From Lama glama (Eukaryota), in contig CM052817.1 of assembly GCA_028534125.1 (NCBI GenBank), forward strand, positions 102,178,001 through 102,242,000: a stretch of 64,000 nucleotides of DNA, given 5' to 3'. The translations under genes were made by a program, and so were the position numbers. Every line of letters starts with the position of its first letter. Position 1 is the first letter of the stretch. The notes beneath the pieces were generated by a model. That model did no database searches. It was not told where the DNA came from and saw only the letters and a program-made list of their open reading frames with translations. This document shows positions 48,573 through 61,820 of the stretch, piece by piece.

Positions 48573-50212
48573 AAAGACAGTCTCTTTAATAAATGGTGTT
48601 GAGAAAACTGGACAGCTACATATAAAAGAATGATACTAGATCATTTTCTAACACTATATGCAAAAATGAACTCAAAATGCATTAGACTTAAATGTAAAAT
48701 CTGAAACCATAAAACTAGAAGGAAACGCTCTTTGACATTTGTCTTAGCAATATTTTTTTTAATCTGTCTCCTCAGACAAGGGAAACAAAAGCAAAACTAA
48801 ACAAAAGGAACTATATCAAATGAAAAAGCTTTTGCCCAGTGAAGGACGCCATCAACAAAACAAAAAGGAAACCTACTGAATGGAAGAGGATATTTGCAAG
48901 TGGTATGTTCAATCAGGGGTTAATACCCAAAATACACAAAGAACGCATACAACTCAATAGCAAAAAAAGTCTGATTTAAAAATGAGCAGAGGACCTGAAC
49001 AGATACTTTCCTGAAGAAGAGATACAGACGGCCAACAGACACATGAAAAGATGCTCAGCATCACTAATCGTCAGGGACATGCAAATAAAAACGTCGAGAG
49101 ATCACCTCACACCTGTCAGAAGGACTATTATCAAAAAGACAATAAATAACAAGTATCGGTGAGTATGTAAAAAAAGGGGGAGGGATCCTCATGCACCGTT
49201 AGTGGGAGTGTAAACTGGTGCAACCACTATGGAAAATAGTATGGTGTTTCCTCAGAAAACTGCAAATAGAACTTTATGATCCAGCAATTCCACTTCTGGG
49301 TATTTATCTGAAGAAAACTAGAACACTAATTGAAAAGTTCTACACACCTCAATGTTCACTGCAACATTATTTACAATAGCCAAGACACGGAAGCAACCTA
49401 AGTGCCCCAAAACAGATGAATGGAAACAAAACAAACAAAGCATAAATATAAAACAGAAACAGACTCATAGACATAGAATACAAACTGGTGGTTGCCAAGG
49501 GGGCGGGGGGTGGGAAGGGATAGACTGGGATTTCAAAATGTAGAATAGATAAACTAGACTATACAGTGTAGCACAGGGAAATATATACAAGATCTTATGG
49601 TAGCTCATAGAGAAAAAAATGTGACAATGAATATATATATGTTCATGCATAATTGAAAAATTGCATACACTGGAATTTGACACAACATTGTAAAATTACT
49701 ATAAATCAATAAAAAATGTTAAAAAAAATAAAGAGATAGCAACTCCCCCCCAAAAAAAGATGAATGGATAAATATGTGGGGTGTGTGTATACACACACAC
49801 ATACACACACACACAATGGAATATAACTCAGCCATAAAAAGAATGAAATTCTGCCATTTGTAACCACATGGATGGGCCTAGAGATTATCATACTAAGTAA
49901 AGTCAGAAAGAGAAAGACAAATACTGTGTGTTTTCACTTACATGTGGAATCTGAAAAAGAAAACAAATGAGTGTATATAACAACAAAAAAACCAGACACA
50001 GATGTAGACAACAAACTAGTGATTACCAGTGGAGAGAGGGAAAGGGGAGGGACAAGGTTGAGAAATGGGATTAAGAGACACAAACTACTACGTAATATTT
50101 TTAAATGGAGTATAATCTATAAAAATGTTGAACCACCATGTTGTATACCTGAAACTAATATAATAATATAAATCAACTCTACTTCAATACAAAATAAGAA
50201 AATAAAAAAAAC
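48573..50212 (+). mobile_element. 5'-truncated L1 (ORF2 3' part and 3'UTR) with nested younger L1
   Basis: aaagacagtctctttaataaatggtgttgagaaaactggacagctaca..., ORF2 remnant MFTATLFTIAKTRKQPKCP, and 3' end aaatcaactctacttcaatacaaaataagaaaataaaaaaa. Confidence 0.9.
49425..49757 (+). mobile_element. Young camelid L1 3'UTR (type A) with short extra 3' tag
   Basis: 11-bp TSD agatgaatgga at 49414-49424 and 49758-49768. Near-identical to 2429-2706, plus extra taaagagatagcaactccccccc before a second A tail. Confidence 0.9.
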
Positions 50213-50689
50213 CCATATCCTTTGTTTCTTAAGGGTTATAAGAGATTCAAATTTTATTTCAAAAATGACCCTCCTCAGTCCCTCTGCACACCAACATCCC
50301 CCCAGGCAGGCGCCCATATCACCCTCCTCAAGGAGACTACAGTAACAAGACATTTGCCCGTAAAATCACCTTGTCAGGTAAACCCAATCACATGGTCATC
50401 CTTGGCCAGCCATGCCTAATATAGTGCCAAACACTGAATTAGTACAAGGTGCAGGGGGAAGTGCGGGTATCAGTCAAGGCGGGCTTTGGACCACTGTGGG
50501 TGATGATGAAGAGTCTGGCAGGCTAACTGTGAGTCTCTGGTAGATAACTGCCAGTCTATCTCCAAGAGACTGGCGTGGATAGCCAACCACCTTCTGGCTT
50601 TCCATTCCATTACATGGATCCTGTTGTCTGATCATGAGCCAAGTACTCACTATTTCCATTATTTAAATTTTAGAATACTCTTTACTATC

Positions 50690-51950
50690 TGGCTGCCCAG
50701 GCACATGCTCATTATTCTTCTTCAAGATTTCCTTCGCTATTCTTGCCTATGTTTTTTTTTTATTCTTGCAGAAGAATTTTAGGATCATTTTGTCAAGTTT
50801 AATTTCCCAGGGGTTTTGACTATATTTGCACTAAAATCTGTAAGTTTATATTGAAACATTCAAGTCCAGGACATGGTACACCTCTCCATTTACTTGGGTT
50901 TTCTTTTATATACCTCAATATAATTTAATAGCCTCTTTCCACAAGTCCTGCACAGTTCTTGGTGGATTTATTCCTAAGTCATCTATACATCTGTTGTCAC
51001 TGTAAAGGCAATAATTTTCTAGAACTTTTTTACTTAATTGTGCGGTAATACATGAATAAAAAGGTCAAATGTTACAGAAGAGCGAAAACAAAATCTCTCA
51101 TCACTCGTCCTGCCAACCCTGACTCCTCCCATCAGCAGAAATGTCTATGAAGAGCTGGGCTTGGATCCATCAAGACAATTTTCCATGCTCTCTGGATTTT
51201 GTTGAGTTTTTGGCTTTTTGATGTTTTACATAAACAAGATTATACTACATATTTTCCCTATGACTTTTCCTACAGCGATATCTTAGAAGAGTTTCCACGT
51301 CAGTAGGTATAGCTATATCCATCCAAAGCTGCGTATGACATCAGTATATGAATTTGACAATGTGTACAATACATTCCCCAATCACAGAACTTAAAGTCAC
51401 TTCTGGTTTTTCACAATGAAAACGCTGCTTTGCCAAACACTTGTACATGCATCTCTGTGCATATATGCTGGGATTTTCATAGTAGAAATTTCTGAAGATG
51501 GCATTTCTGGATCAACAGTAATAAGAATTTTTAAATACTGAAAGCTACTATCAAAGTGCCCTGATAAAAAGGATTTACCACTTTGTATCAACGTTATGAA
51601 AGGGTCCATTTTCTGACACCCTTTATACTTATATTTTCACTCTTAGTTTTTGGCAGTTTTCCAAAGTATTGTTAAGTAATTGCTTCTGAAATTCTTATTT
51701 CCCTGAGGACCTGAGACATATTTTTATATTCGCATTAGCCACGTCAATATTTTCTTCTATAATCTGTCTTGGCACTTCTTTGATAAGCCATGAATTTTCT
51801 CCTTAATCCCATGAATCTGCTGTAGGAGCTCTATTTCTGTTATGAACATGCATTTCTTGTCTGTTATGTATGCATCCTATGCTACAATTTTCCTTACAAT
51901 TTTGTGGTGCCCTTGTTAAATAGACATTTTGAATTTTTATATGGTTAAGT
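50690..51950 (-). mobile_element. Old L1M fragments
   Basis: Antisense L1 tracts (gaattttaggatcattttgtcaagtt; gatttattcctaagt; tagaaatttctgaagatggcatttctggatca). Confidence 0.6.
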
Positions 51951-54225
51951 GTGAGATTTACAAAATACGTACTTTATGAACATAATAATAATGAAATCCA
52001 GAGGTAGGTCTAGCAACTATTGTAATTTCCAAGAAGTTATGACCATAAACAATATTTCAAGATATCGGTGATGATAATGTGCTATGAAAATTACTACATC
52101 TATTGGTAACAAAGTCCATACACCACTAATTCTACTGTGCTTTGCCACATCATTGTTGAGGGAAACAGTGAATTTCAGATGGAGTTAACTGACAAATAAA
52201 GACGGAATTGTTTCCCCTCCAAGTTGAATTGTTTCCTAACCACCTTCCGGCAAAGCTAACTAGTCCTTCCTTTGTGATCCCACAGCTGTCTACACTCGCA
52301 CTTCAGGGAGTTCCATGCCAAGTGCTTTCCTTCCCCTGTCTCCTTTCCCCCACAAGACAGTCCTGGAGGAAACCAGCCAGCACCACTTACTAACAGACTG
52401 ATGTACTGAAACCCCGGTGAGAGATCGATGGTTAGCAAGCAAATGAAATTGCACCTGAGAAATAGGCAATTGTAATTTATTTTCAAAATCCATCTACATT
52501 ATCATGCCAGTGGTCCTCATTTTATTTTGGTGCTGAGCTTCCATTTCCAAAGACGAAATTAGAGTTTCTAAACCTTTTCAAAAAATTATTGTCCCTTTAA
52601 AGGAGTTTTTTTTTTTTTTTTTTGCATTTTCTTCTAAGCCTTCTCTACACGAAATGTACAGATACACTGTAACTCAGTACAGTGACCCTCTGGGGGACCA
52701 AAACAACTGTCATTGCTTTTATTCCCCCCAAACCAATTTTTGCCTTTTTGGGCAAAACCAATTATCACCTCTGTTAAAGATGTAAGGACTAGATGAAATG
52801 CTATGAATGATTAAACATATTTGTATTCTGAGACACAGAAATCACAAATCATTCTATTACCTGTCCAGAAACAGTTACGTCTTGCGTTCCTTATTCCTAC
52901 AGGCCAAGAAGTTATAAAACCAAAGACGACAGTATAAAGAAGATATAAAGACAGGTATTTTTTAAAAATTACAGTTGAACCCTGTACATGCCACATAATT
53001 CAGACTTTCTTTGCTTCACCAAAGAATGTCTTAGACATGTTTATTACTCCATATGTCATTAGGGAAAAAGCATGGGTAGCCTGGAGTTATAATGGACAAA
53101 ATGCACACATATATATTACCAGCTGAGAATTACTATGAAGTCTCTTTGAACTTTTTGCAGGATTTCAGAAAAATGACACACACTTCTGCCGGCAAGGGCA
53201 AAAATAAAGAGGCATTGCAGCTCTGACAGTCCTTTAATATTAGGGTGTTTTTAAAAGAAAAGGTGCTAAGTCATTGTTGGAACCATGTACTAAAATAGAG
53301 TGGAAATCCTCAGTGATTTAAAAGCTGAATGGAAATCAGTTTGATCGTATTTTAAAACTTTAGCCAAGATTTCTTCATTATGATAACATGGAACATTCAA
53401 AAGATTTCTTCATCAACTGTAGTAGCCTTCTGATGTTCTGAGAACCCAAAAGATGAGACTCTGAATCAGCTGTTTTGGAAACAACGAGACTATAATAACT
53501 CATGAATTGACTAAATACCATGAATGCTTTTCTGTATTTTTCCCAGGTTACTTAATGTATGTAAAGTTCATTTTTAAAACCACACAAAGTCCAAAACATA
53601 TGCCATAAAATGAAAGTAAGCTGAAAAGTGGTGAAGCTCTCTGTACTTGCTGTGATGGTCACTGGCAAATAGCATGATGCATATAAAAATTTTCAGAGAA
53701 GTTCTTTCTTATTTTTATTTTTTAAACTCCTTTGTAGCAGAACATACTTTCTCCAGATTTGAAAAAAAAAAAAACTGTAAATGCATTTATCAGTTAGCAC
53801 ACCTTGATTTGTTTTCAAATTTTAAAATTTGTACTGAAAGAATCATTCTTTATTAGGCTGTCACATTTCATCTTCTATTTGAAAATTTCACTGTTTATTT
53901 ACAAAGAGTTTTTTATTTTATAAGAAAACAGTTCTTTATTTATTAACAGACATAAATACCCAAGTATGGACAATTAAGTTCTCATGGTTTGAAGGGCTGG
54001 GGAGAAGACAGGACATAAATAATGGCCACAGCGGGTTGTATCTGGGTGAAATTCTCATGAGTTATGTTAATGGGAGGCACTGAGCCTCACTTCTCATTCT
54101 TTATACCTGGTAATCGATAACGACTGGGCTGGTGAATGAGCAAATTTTATTGACTTTGCTAGTGCAGACAGGTGAAGTCTTTACATCTCCATCAAGCACA
54201 GCACATTCATTCAATATTCCAGATT

Positions 54226-54689
54226 CTTTTTTTTAACTGAAGTGTAGTCAGTTACAATGTGTCTCTTTCTGGTGTACAGCATAATGGTTCAGTCATACAT
54301 GAACATACATATATTCGTTTTTGTATTCTTTTTCATTAAAGGTATTGAACATAGTTCCCTATGCTACACAGAAGGAATTTGTTTTTTATCCATTTTTATA
54401 TATAGCAATTATCCCTTCTCACCCCCTCCCCCATAACCATAAGATCATTCACTATGCCTGTGAGTGTTTTGTAGATGAGTTCATTAGTGTCTTCTTTTTT
54501 CTTTTTTTTAGATTCCACATATGAGTCACATTATATGGCATTTTTCTTTCTCTTTCTGGCTTACTTCACTTAGAATGATGATCTCCAGGTCCATCCCTGT
54601 TGCTGTAAATGGCATTATTTTATTCTTTTTTATGGCTGAGTAGTATTTCATTGCATAAACATACCACAGTTTCTTTATCCAGTTACCTG
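54226..54689 (-). mobile_element. Camelid L1 3' end (type B)
   Basis: Minus-strand ORF2 C-terminus [50 protein letters not shown] aataYtccaga at 54213-54223 and 54690-54700. Confidence 0.9.
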
Positions 54690-55049
54690 AATACTCCAGA
54701 CATTTTTGTATTCTCTTCATGTGAGTGATCTCTCAGCCTTGTTATCACCAGTAACAGAATTGGGGAGAGGGGGAGGCAAGTTTACAGAAGTCTACGTGCT
54801 TTGGCTCAGACCACTATTTATCCCTCCTACCTCAGGGTGCCTGGTGGCACAGCCTAAATGGTGGGTCCCAAGGAGGAGGCTAGAATTATCAGATCATCTG
54901 TCTCCTCTAAACGACCTGTAGGATGGAGGTCATCATCATCACGCCTCCATCCTGCTGACCTCAGTCCCCAGAGGAAGGCAGAGACTCAACCCCTAGGCTC
55001 CCTTACCCCTACATGGCTCTGAACATCCCCCAACTGACTTAGATCTGCA

Positions 55050-57735
55050 TGCCCCGCATCCTCCCACACCCTACTACTGGACCTTAGATAGTCCATGTCT
55101 GTCGTCAGGAATTTCCCTTATTCCTTCATCCTCTTCTCTGAATGTTCCCTTGACCTTCTTGGGGGAAAACTGTATGCCCTCCTCACCAGGACATACATGG
55201 CATACCTCGACTTCTTCTTTAGTGACAGCTGTGTTACTCCCACACTCCCAGTGGGCTGGGGCTGGGAGTAAGGCATGTACCCTCCTTGCTGCGCCCAGGC
55301 TATTTTCTCTTCCTCCCCCTTAAAACCTGCAGTCCCTTTGGGGCACACGTCTCTACATCCACAGCTGATGATTATTATCCACTATATCCGTGAACACCAC
55401 TACCCCCTTCTTCCTAGAACTTTTCTGCTCTGGTTCTGTCTTTCTCTCAGTCACCAGTCTGACTGAGTTTAAGAATTCTGCACCAATGACTCATCCAAAA
55501 CCCTGAAGCCAGGGTCCATGCCCACCTCATGTGCAAAGATCCTGTCTTCCAGGCATCCTCAGCCACGCACATCTCTGCTCATCCCAACACTGTGACTGCC
55601 AATAATCCCACCACCTACAAACATCCCCGCTTCAACTGTCCTTTTCTCTGACCACCACCTCCCCCATCTCCAGCCTACACACTCCAGTATCCCTACTCCA
55701 ACCACTTTCAACAACCACCACCTCCTCCTTGTGCCCTCACTTCCCTCCTTACAGCCTTTGGATTCCACAGTCAACTGTTGGACCAACACCTTGTTGCCCA
55801 ATCCCTTAATTCCATTGTTCCAAAATGGGTTAAATCCAACACCACCTGATACAGATGTCTCTATAGAACAATATGGCTAAATACAATCACAATTACACTG
55901 CCTCATCTCCTTTAAAATATGTTATCACCACCTCAGTGGCCATCAGAGCTGCCTGGCATCCAACATCTCTCTGCTGCAGGGACATTCCCATCCACGAAGA
56001 CCCATTAGAGATCTTCCCTTTTTAAATGGCCTCCTCCCCTCCACCACTGGCATCCTGCTAATGACCTTCATTCTCATTTCCCTTGTTGCTCTGTGAAAAT
56101 AAAATGTAATCAGAAGAGAATCTCTCTACTCTCCCACCCCAAACTCCCAACCCCTCTGCATGCATGCCCACACATGTATGTCTTTCCTGCTGCTTCTCCA
56201 CCAGAGCTCTGGGGCCCAACCTCTCTCGCCTTCTCCAGGACTCTGCTCCTGCAGTTATCCCGTACGGTCAGCATCACCGATTGTCCCTTTTCTCTGGCTC
56301 ATTCCTTCAGCATACAGACACGCTGTCTGATCAACCAATCAATCAATCAAAGTCTTCAATGACACCACATTCCCCTGCAGCTACCCCACATTTCTCCTGT
56401 TCTGCTACACAGCAAAAGCCCCTGGAAGCGTCGTGTGTAGTTAACCCCTTCTCTTCATATTCTGATCTACTAAAACTGCTTGTCAAGATCACCAATGAGA
56501 TGCTCACTGCTTATGGCCAATTCTTAGCCATCATCTTTGTCCACCTCCCAGCTGACAAGATTTATCACGTCTCCCTTCTTGAAACATTCCATTCTCTTTG
56601 CTTCCAGGATACCACTCTCCTGGTCTTCCTCCTCCCTTTCTGGCTGTTCACTCTCCTTGTATACTTCTCCTTCCCTGGAGTGACTGTTCCAGAGCTCTCC
56701 TCTATGAAATAAATACACTGATGCTGTGTCTAGACTTAATAGTTTTAAACATTATCTGTTTTTTTTTTATGACCCTCAAATTCACATCCCCAGCTCTGAT
56801 CTTTTTCCTGAATCTCAGAATCGTGTGCCAAGTGCCTTGTGGTCATTGCCCTTCGATATCTTGTAGGTATCTCAAACTTGACATGCTCCCAGATCAACTC
56901 CTGACTTCTTCCCCTAAACCTGCTTCTCTCCGGTCTCATAATTTAGCACCTGCACCTCCGTGCACCCCACCTCTCAGATCGAAATCCTTGGAGAGTGCTT
57001 TTCTGGCACTGCACATGTCTGACCTATCAGCAAATCTCCATACGATCGGTGTATATTCTGAATCTGAATTCTCTCTACTTCAGCCTCCCCTGAGAGCAGT
57101 CTGGGCGGAGCCCCCGCCACCTCCCACCTGTATCTCACACAGTGCCGGGGGAATCCTTTTAAAACATAAATCAGATCATATCACTTTGCTGGTCTCAAAA
57201 GCCTCCGCTCAGTCTCATCCACACTCAGAATAAAATGCAAACTCCTTCCCAAGCCTATGAAGCCTTACCTTGGCTGGCCCCTGACCGTCTCTCCAAACCC
57301 CTCCACGCTTACCATTCAGTTCAATCCTCGTTCAGCTCCAGCCACCTCACCTCCTGGTCCTTCCACAGACACAGCCAGCAGGCTCCAGCCTCAGGACGTT
57401 TGCACGTGCTGTCTCTTCTGCCTAGATGACTGGTCCCACCGAGATGGGCGTGGCCGCTGGCTCCTCACCTCACTCAGGCCTCTGATCAGTGTCACCTTCC
57501 CCGACCACCCCATCTCATAGGGCACACCCGTCACCCTGTCTTCTCACCCTGCCTGAGCTCTATTCACAGCTTTTGTCACTAGCTGGCACTCACTCTTTGG
57601 TGTTTTATTATCTTTCTCGTCCACCAGAATGGCTCCCTGAAGGAGGGGACTTGGGCCCACTGTTCTCTCCAGGCTTAGAATAGAGTTGGGAACCTAGCAG
57701 TGCTTCAGTAAAGACGTATTTGCTGAATGAATGCG
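55050..57735. mobile_element. Long degenerate L2 element
   Basis: C/T-rich L2 tracts (ctctgaccaccacctcc, aaaactgcttgtcaagatcaccaatga, gcttccaggataccactctcctggt, aaacataaatcagatcatatcact) ending in tatttgctgaatgaatg. Confidence 0.8.
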
Positions 57736-58609
57736 TGAATCTCTCTTGTCTTCATGCTGGGGGAAAACCTACCCCTGTAAACAAGAACTCCATTCCTCCA
57801 GGGTATTTGGGATAAGAGGCAACTTAACAAGTAAGAAAGGAAAACAGGCTAGGGTTTCCTGGGGGTTTTTTGATATATATAATTCATTCTTCATGTTCCT
57901 CCCTGGATGCCCGGGCTAGCCTCAAATAGCTGTTTGTTCTAAGTGCAACTCCTCCTACAACGAAAGCACAGGTCACCTGCCCTTCTGTTTGAATTTGTCC
58001 ATGTTCCATAAGCAGAACAAGAAAACTGACTGTAGAATCCTAAGTTTAAGAAAAATAAAAATAAAAAACTAAAAGGCATCCATCTATCCCTGAACAAAGA
58101 CTGCAAAATCCTCAGGGTAAAATCAGCAAAGAGATTCATTACTAAATTAATAAAGAATGCAAATATTCCTTAGATAATTTTTCTTACAATCTCATCTCCA
58201 TTTCCCAATCAGAAAGAACACTGCACCTTCTTTTCCAATAATCAGTCTAACTCTCCCATGTCAGACACATGGTATCAGCTCTTAAATCTTCAGATTTCTC
58301 AGGAAATAGAAATGATCTAACAGTCTAATCCATAATCAATGACGTTAAACATTCAAAAATTAAAGAGATTATCTTAAAGCTGTCATCACAGCTCTGAAAT
58401 TGAAATATTTTATCAGAGTCAGTACATCCCCGGGAGACAAATGCAGAGCAACACACTTGTTAAACACACAACAGTTATCACGAAACCTCTGTCACGAGAA
58501 TTTCTTGCTTTACGCAGGGTGAAGAAGGCAAGTCCCAGAATCTGCTTCTGGAACTTTCCCTGACAGATAGATGGCAGTCTTGCAGGAATGAACTCTAAAC
58601 AGATAACAA

Positions 58610-58820
58610 GCGTAGTTCTCACTTACACAATGTGCTATTTAATCCTCAGAACAACTTTGGAGGTAGGTCCTGTGTTTACTCCTTTTTTGCAGATGAAGGA
58701 GCTGAGCCCCAGAGAGGCTGAGTCTCCTGCTTGAGGTCATACAGAGAGCGGGGCACAGAGCTGGAACCTGTGCCCAGGCGGTCTGGTTCCAGGCACCAGG
58801 TTCCCCACTCTGCCATCCTG
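58610..58820. mobile_element. MIR element
   Basis: tttaatcctcagaacaactttggaggtagg...ccttttttgcagatgaaggagctgagccccagagaggctgagtctcctgcttgaggtcatacag. Confidence 0.8.
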
Positions 58821-59019
58821 CAGTGACATAAAGGGGACCCTCGCTGCTGCCTCCCAAAGACATTTCGAAATGACCAGATTTCAAAAGCAAAGGGAATTAC
58901 TAGCTAGTGAAAAAAAAGCCAAATAAACTGGTTACATTTCCTCTTCGACAGTTTCCCATATAATCTGTTATCAACTATTTCAAATTGGAGGGTTAAGTTT
59001 TTCTTTCATCCACAATTTT

Positions 59020-59290
59020 TTGGCTGTGGTGGTGGATATGCAAACTGACACATGTGATACACGCGACAAAATCATGTTGAACTAAACACACACGGTGAGT
59101 ACAAGATTAGGGACATCTAAATAAATGGATCACCTCCCTGTCGATGCCCTGCTTGCGATACTGTATTACAGTTTGGCAACGTTACCACTGGGGGAGGCTG
59201 AGTCAACGCCGCACAGATCGGTGTTCTCCCCAGGGCGGCTTGTAAGACTGCCATCACATGTGCATCTACAATAATCTCAATAAAAGCTTC
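59020..59290 (+). mobile_element. L1MC-like 3' end
   Basis: tgtggtggtggatatgcaaac...tgcatctacaataatctcaataaaag. Confidence 0.6.
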
Positions 59291-60603
59291 TGCTACGAAT
59301 TATGAACACTATGTATCTTTGGGGGACTTTGCCGTTTTGAAAATTGATTTTTGATCTGATCTGGACTTTCCCTGCTGAATCGCAAACTACTTTTTGTTCT
59401 TAACAAGATAGAGTTTCAGGACATTCCTGCTAACTTATCTCACTGAGTCAGTCTTGCCCTCACCTCCAAGTGACTCCTTGCTTAAATATTTCGGTGGTTT
59501 CTTACAACAAGGTCACAGATCTTTACCCAGGTGCCCAGATCTCCGGGCTCCTGCCCCGAAGACCTCTATTCTGCCCCATCCCCTCCCGCTGAGCCAGTCT
59601 CTCTAAATCTTCTGCCTAGTGAATTTCTGCTCACCCTTCAGATTCCAGCTCCAAAAACAATACTTTCTGGAGCAAGACTTGCCTGTATTCACTGTCCTCC
59701 AATATAGACTCATTACATAATATGGCCATAGAACACATAATGCTCCCTGAAACTTAAATTTAACTTCCACCTGTGTGATTGGCTACGTAATATGGGCCTC
59801 CTCCCTGGACCGGCAACTCCACGAGGGAAGAATCAAGTTTATACGCACTTATCACTGCACGCGGGCGCGAGATGCTCCCAGGGATCCACCGGTTTTGATC
59901 AAGTAACGGGAAAAATAAAAAGTAAATTTAAAAAATGGTACCTCTGCCTTTTCTTTTTTTCATTCTCAAAGGTTTATTTTTCCCCCCTCTCCTGAAAGCT
60001 CTTTTTACTGTTCTGTATTCACATGTACATTTTTTGGTAATATGCTTATAGTTTAGACTCTCCAATTCTCTTTTTTTTTAACTATTGTACAATGTTTGGT
60101 TTTCGGTTTTTGTTTTTTGCTTCTGCTTTTCTATCTCCTCCTGTCCCTGCACACCCTGGTTGGGGAAGGGGATGGAATTTTGCAAATACATTCATGACAT
60201 AATTTGTCATTTGTCATCTCAAAACTGGAAATTTTTTATTAATATTGTTATTTAAATGTCATGATTCATATTTTTAATTGAATTATCTTTTCTAAATTAA
60301 TCTTGATTTTTTCCCCGTTATCTCCATTCCACAGCTAATAAATAAGTTTAAAAAAAAGTGCGAATAAAATTATGTTTAAAATTATCTTTATTGCTTCCTA
60401 AGCCTTTAATCCACAAGTAAAAAGATGAAAATGTGTATCAATGAGGCTTTTTATATTGTTAAAATAATAAGTGGAATTTTCAGACTTCAACTTGCTATTA
60501 AACAAATGGCAATACTGAACATTCTTCTTACAACAACTTGATTGCCTCTGATTTTGTGATCATCACTGTTTATTTTTATTCGCCTCTGCACAGTATTTGT
60601 AAC

Positions 60604-61178
60604 TGTTAGGTGGTTAGATAAGTGGGGGCACCAGGCAGACAGGGTGGAGGAGACGGAGGCTGGTCCAGGAGATGGCACTATGCCCAGCGCCAGCATAAAG
60701 GGGCTTTGCCTCTAAATGAGAGCCAGCAAGAAGCCGGTTAGGACGCGACAGCCTCAACTGTGAGGAAGCAGCACGGACCTAACCGGACACGACCCAACGC
60801 TCATTGGAATATAATTAGCATGTGGCTTAGCACCCCCCCACCTGCCCCCCAACACACACAAGAGGTTTTTCTATGTGCATCCTGGGTACGACCACGCGCA
60901 AGGGGGATGGGCATGCCTAAGCATTCAAGGAACCAGAGCTATCAAATCAATCAAAGAACACCCCTAAAGCCAGGATGTAAGACAAAAGGAACAAACAAGT
61001 GGAGCCATTTGTTCCTCTCTTGGGTTGGCCCACCTTCAGTTCTCGAAGGTGTACTATACTGACTTTTGCTCTACTAATAAAATCCTTGGTTTACATCACA
61101 TTTTCAGTCTTCCATTTAGATGCCTTTTCTTGGTTAAGACAAAGAATCGAGGTTATTTTCTTGCCTCCCATGGTAACA
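60604..61178 (+). mobile_element. ERV1-class solo LTR (MER50-like start)
   Basis: TGTTAGGTGGTTAGATA...AATAAA (about 61075)...GGTAACA, with TG..CA ends and a short terminal inverted repeat (tgtta/taaca). No clean TSD. Confidence 0.7.
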
Positions 61179-61189
61179 TAGACAGAATC

Positions 61190-61820
61190 AAAATGGAACT
61201 TACACAAGTAACTGGCATGAGGAAGTGCCCCAAATGCCCATGGCCCCCACCCCCACTCCTGTTTGTCACCTCCCCTGTCCCAGCCCCTGCGACCTGGGCG
61301 GTTCCATTCAATCTCTGACTCAGGAAGAGAAAACTCAGGCCTGTCTTACAGACGCCTCTGCGTGCTCTGCAGGCACCACCCAGGAGTGGAAGGGTTGTGG
61401 CACCATGGCCCTTTTGGGGGACAGCCAAGTGGTGAAGGGAAATCCTCCCAGCGGGCAGAATTTCAAGTAGTGCCTCTAGTCGGTCATTTTGCTTGTGAGG
61501 AGAAGTGGCCAGAGATACGGTTTCTGTACGGCTTCAAGGACTGTCGCCAATGGTTTGGCTGGATGGTCAGGAACTTGGAATGAACATGACAAGAAAACTA
61601 GTAAGGAGGTCCATGGAAGCATGTGGCTAGACCTCCCCAAATGTGCCTGAAAACAGAGACATTTGTGCCCACGTGGATGCTCACCGAGGGGTTATCTCAG
61701 CAGAGAAGGACTTTAATAATCAATGGATGGGACTGACCTGTATGTGGACACCAATCAGCCTCTGTCCCCAGCCATTCCTATCACTGCCCAAAGGGCTCAA
61801 GAACAACATGGCCATAGTAC
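61190..61820 (+). mobile_element. ERVL internal pol remnant (RNase H into integrase N-terminus), frameshifted
   Basis: Peptides SGEGKSSQRAEFQVVPLVGHFACEEKWPEIRF and AHVDAHRGVISAEKDFNNQ resemble ERVL Pol as I recall it (SGEGKSSQWAELRAVHLVVHFAWKEKWP; SHVNAHQRVTSAEEDFNNQ). Confidence 0.85.

Noticed and set aside
56164..57233. Longest ORFs in the track (182 aa and 211 aa)
   Set aside because: They lie in a C/T-rich L2 relic, have no recognisable domain or splice context, and are expected by chance in stop-poor sequence.
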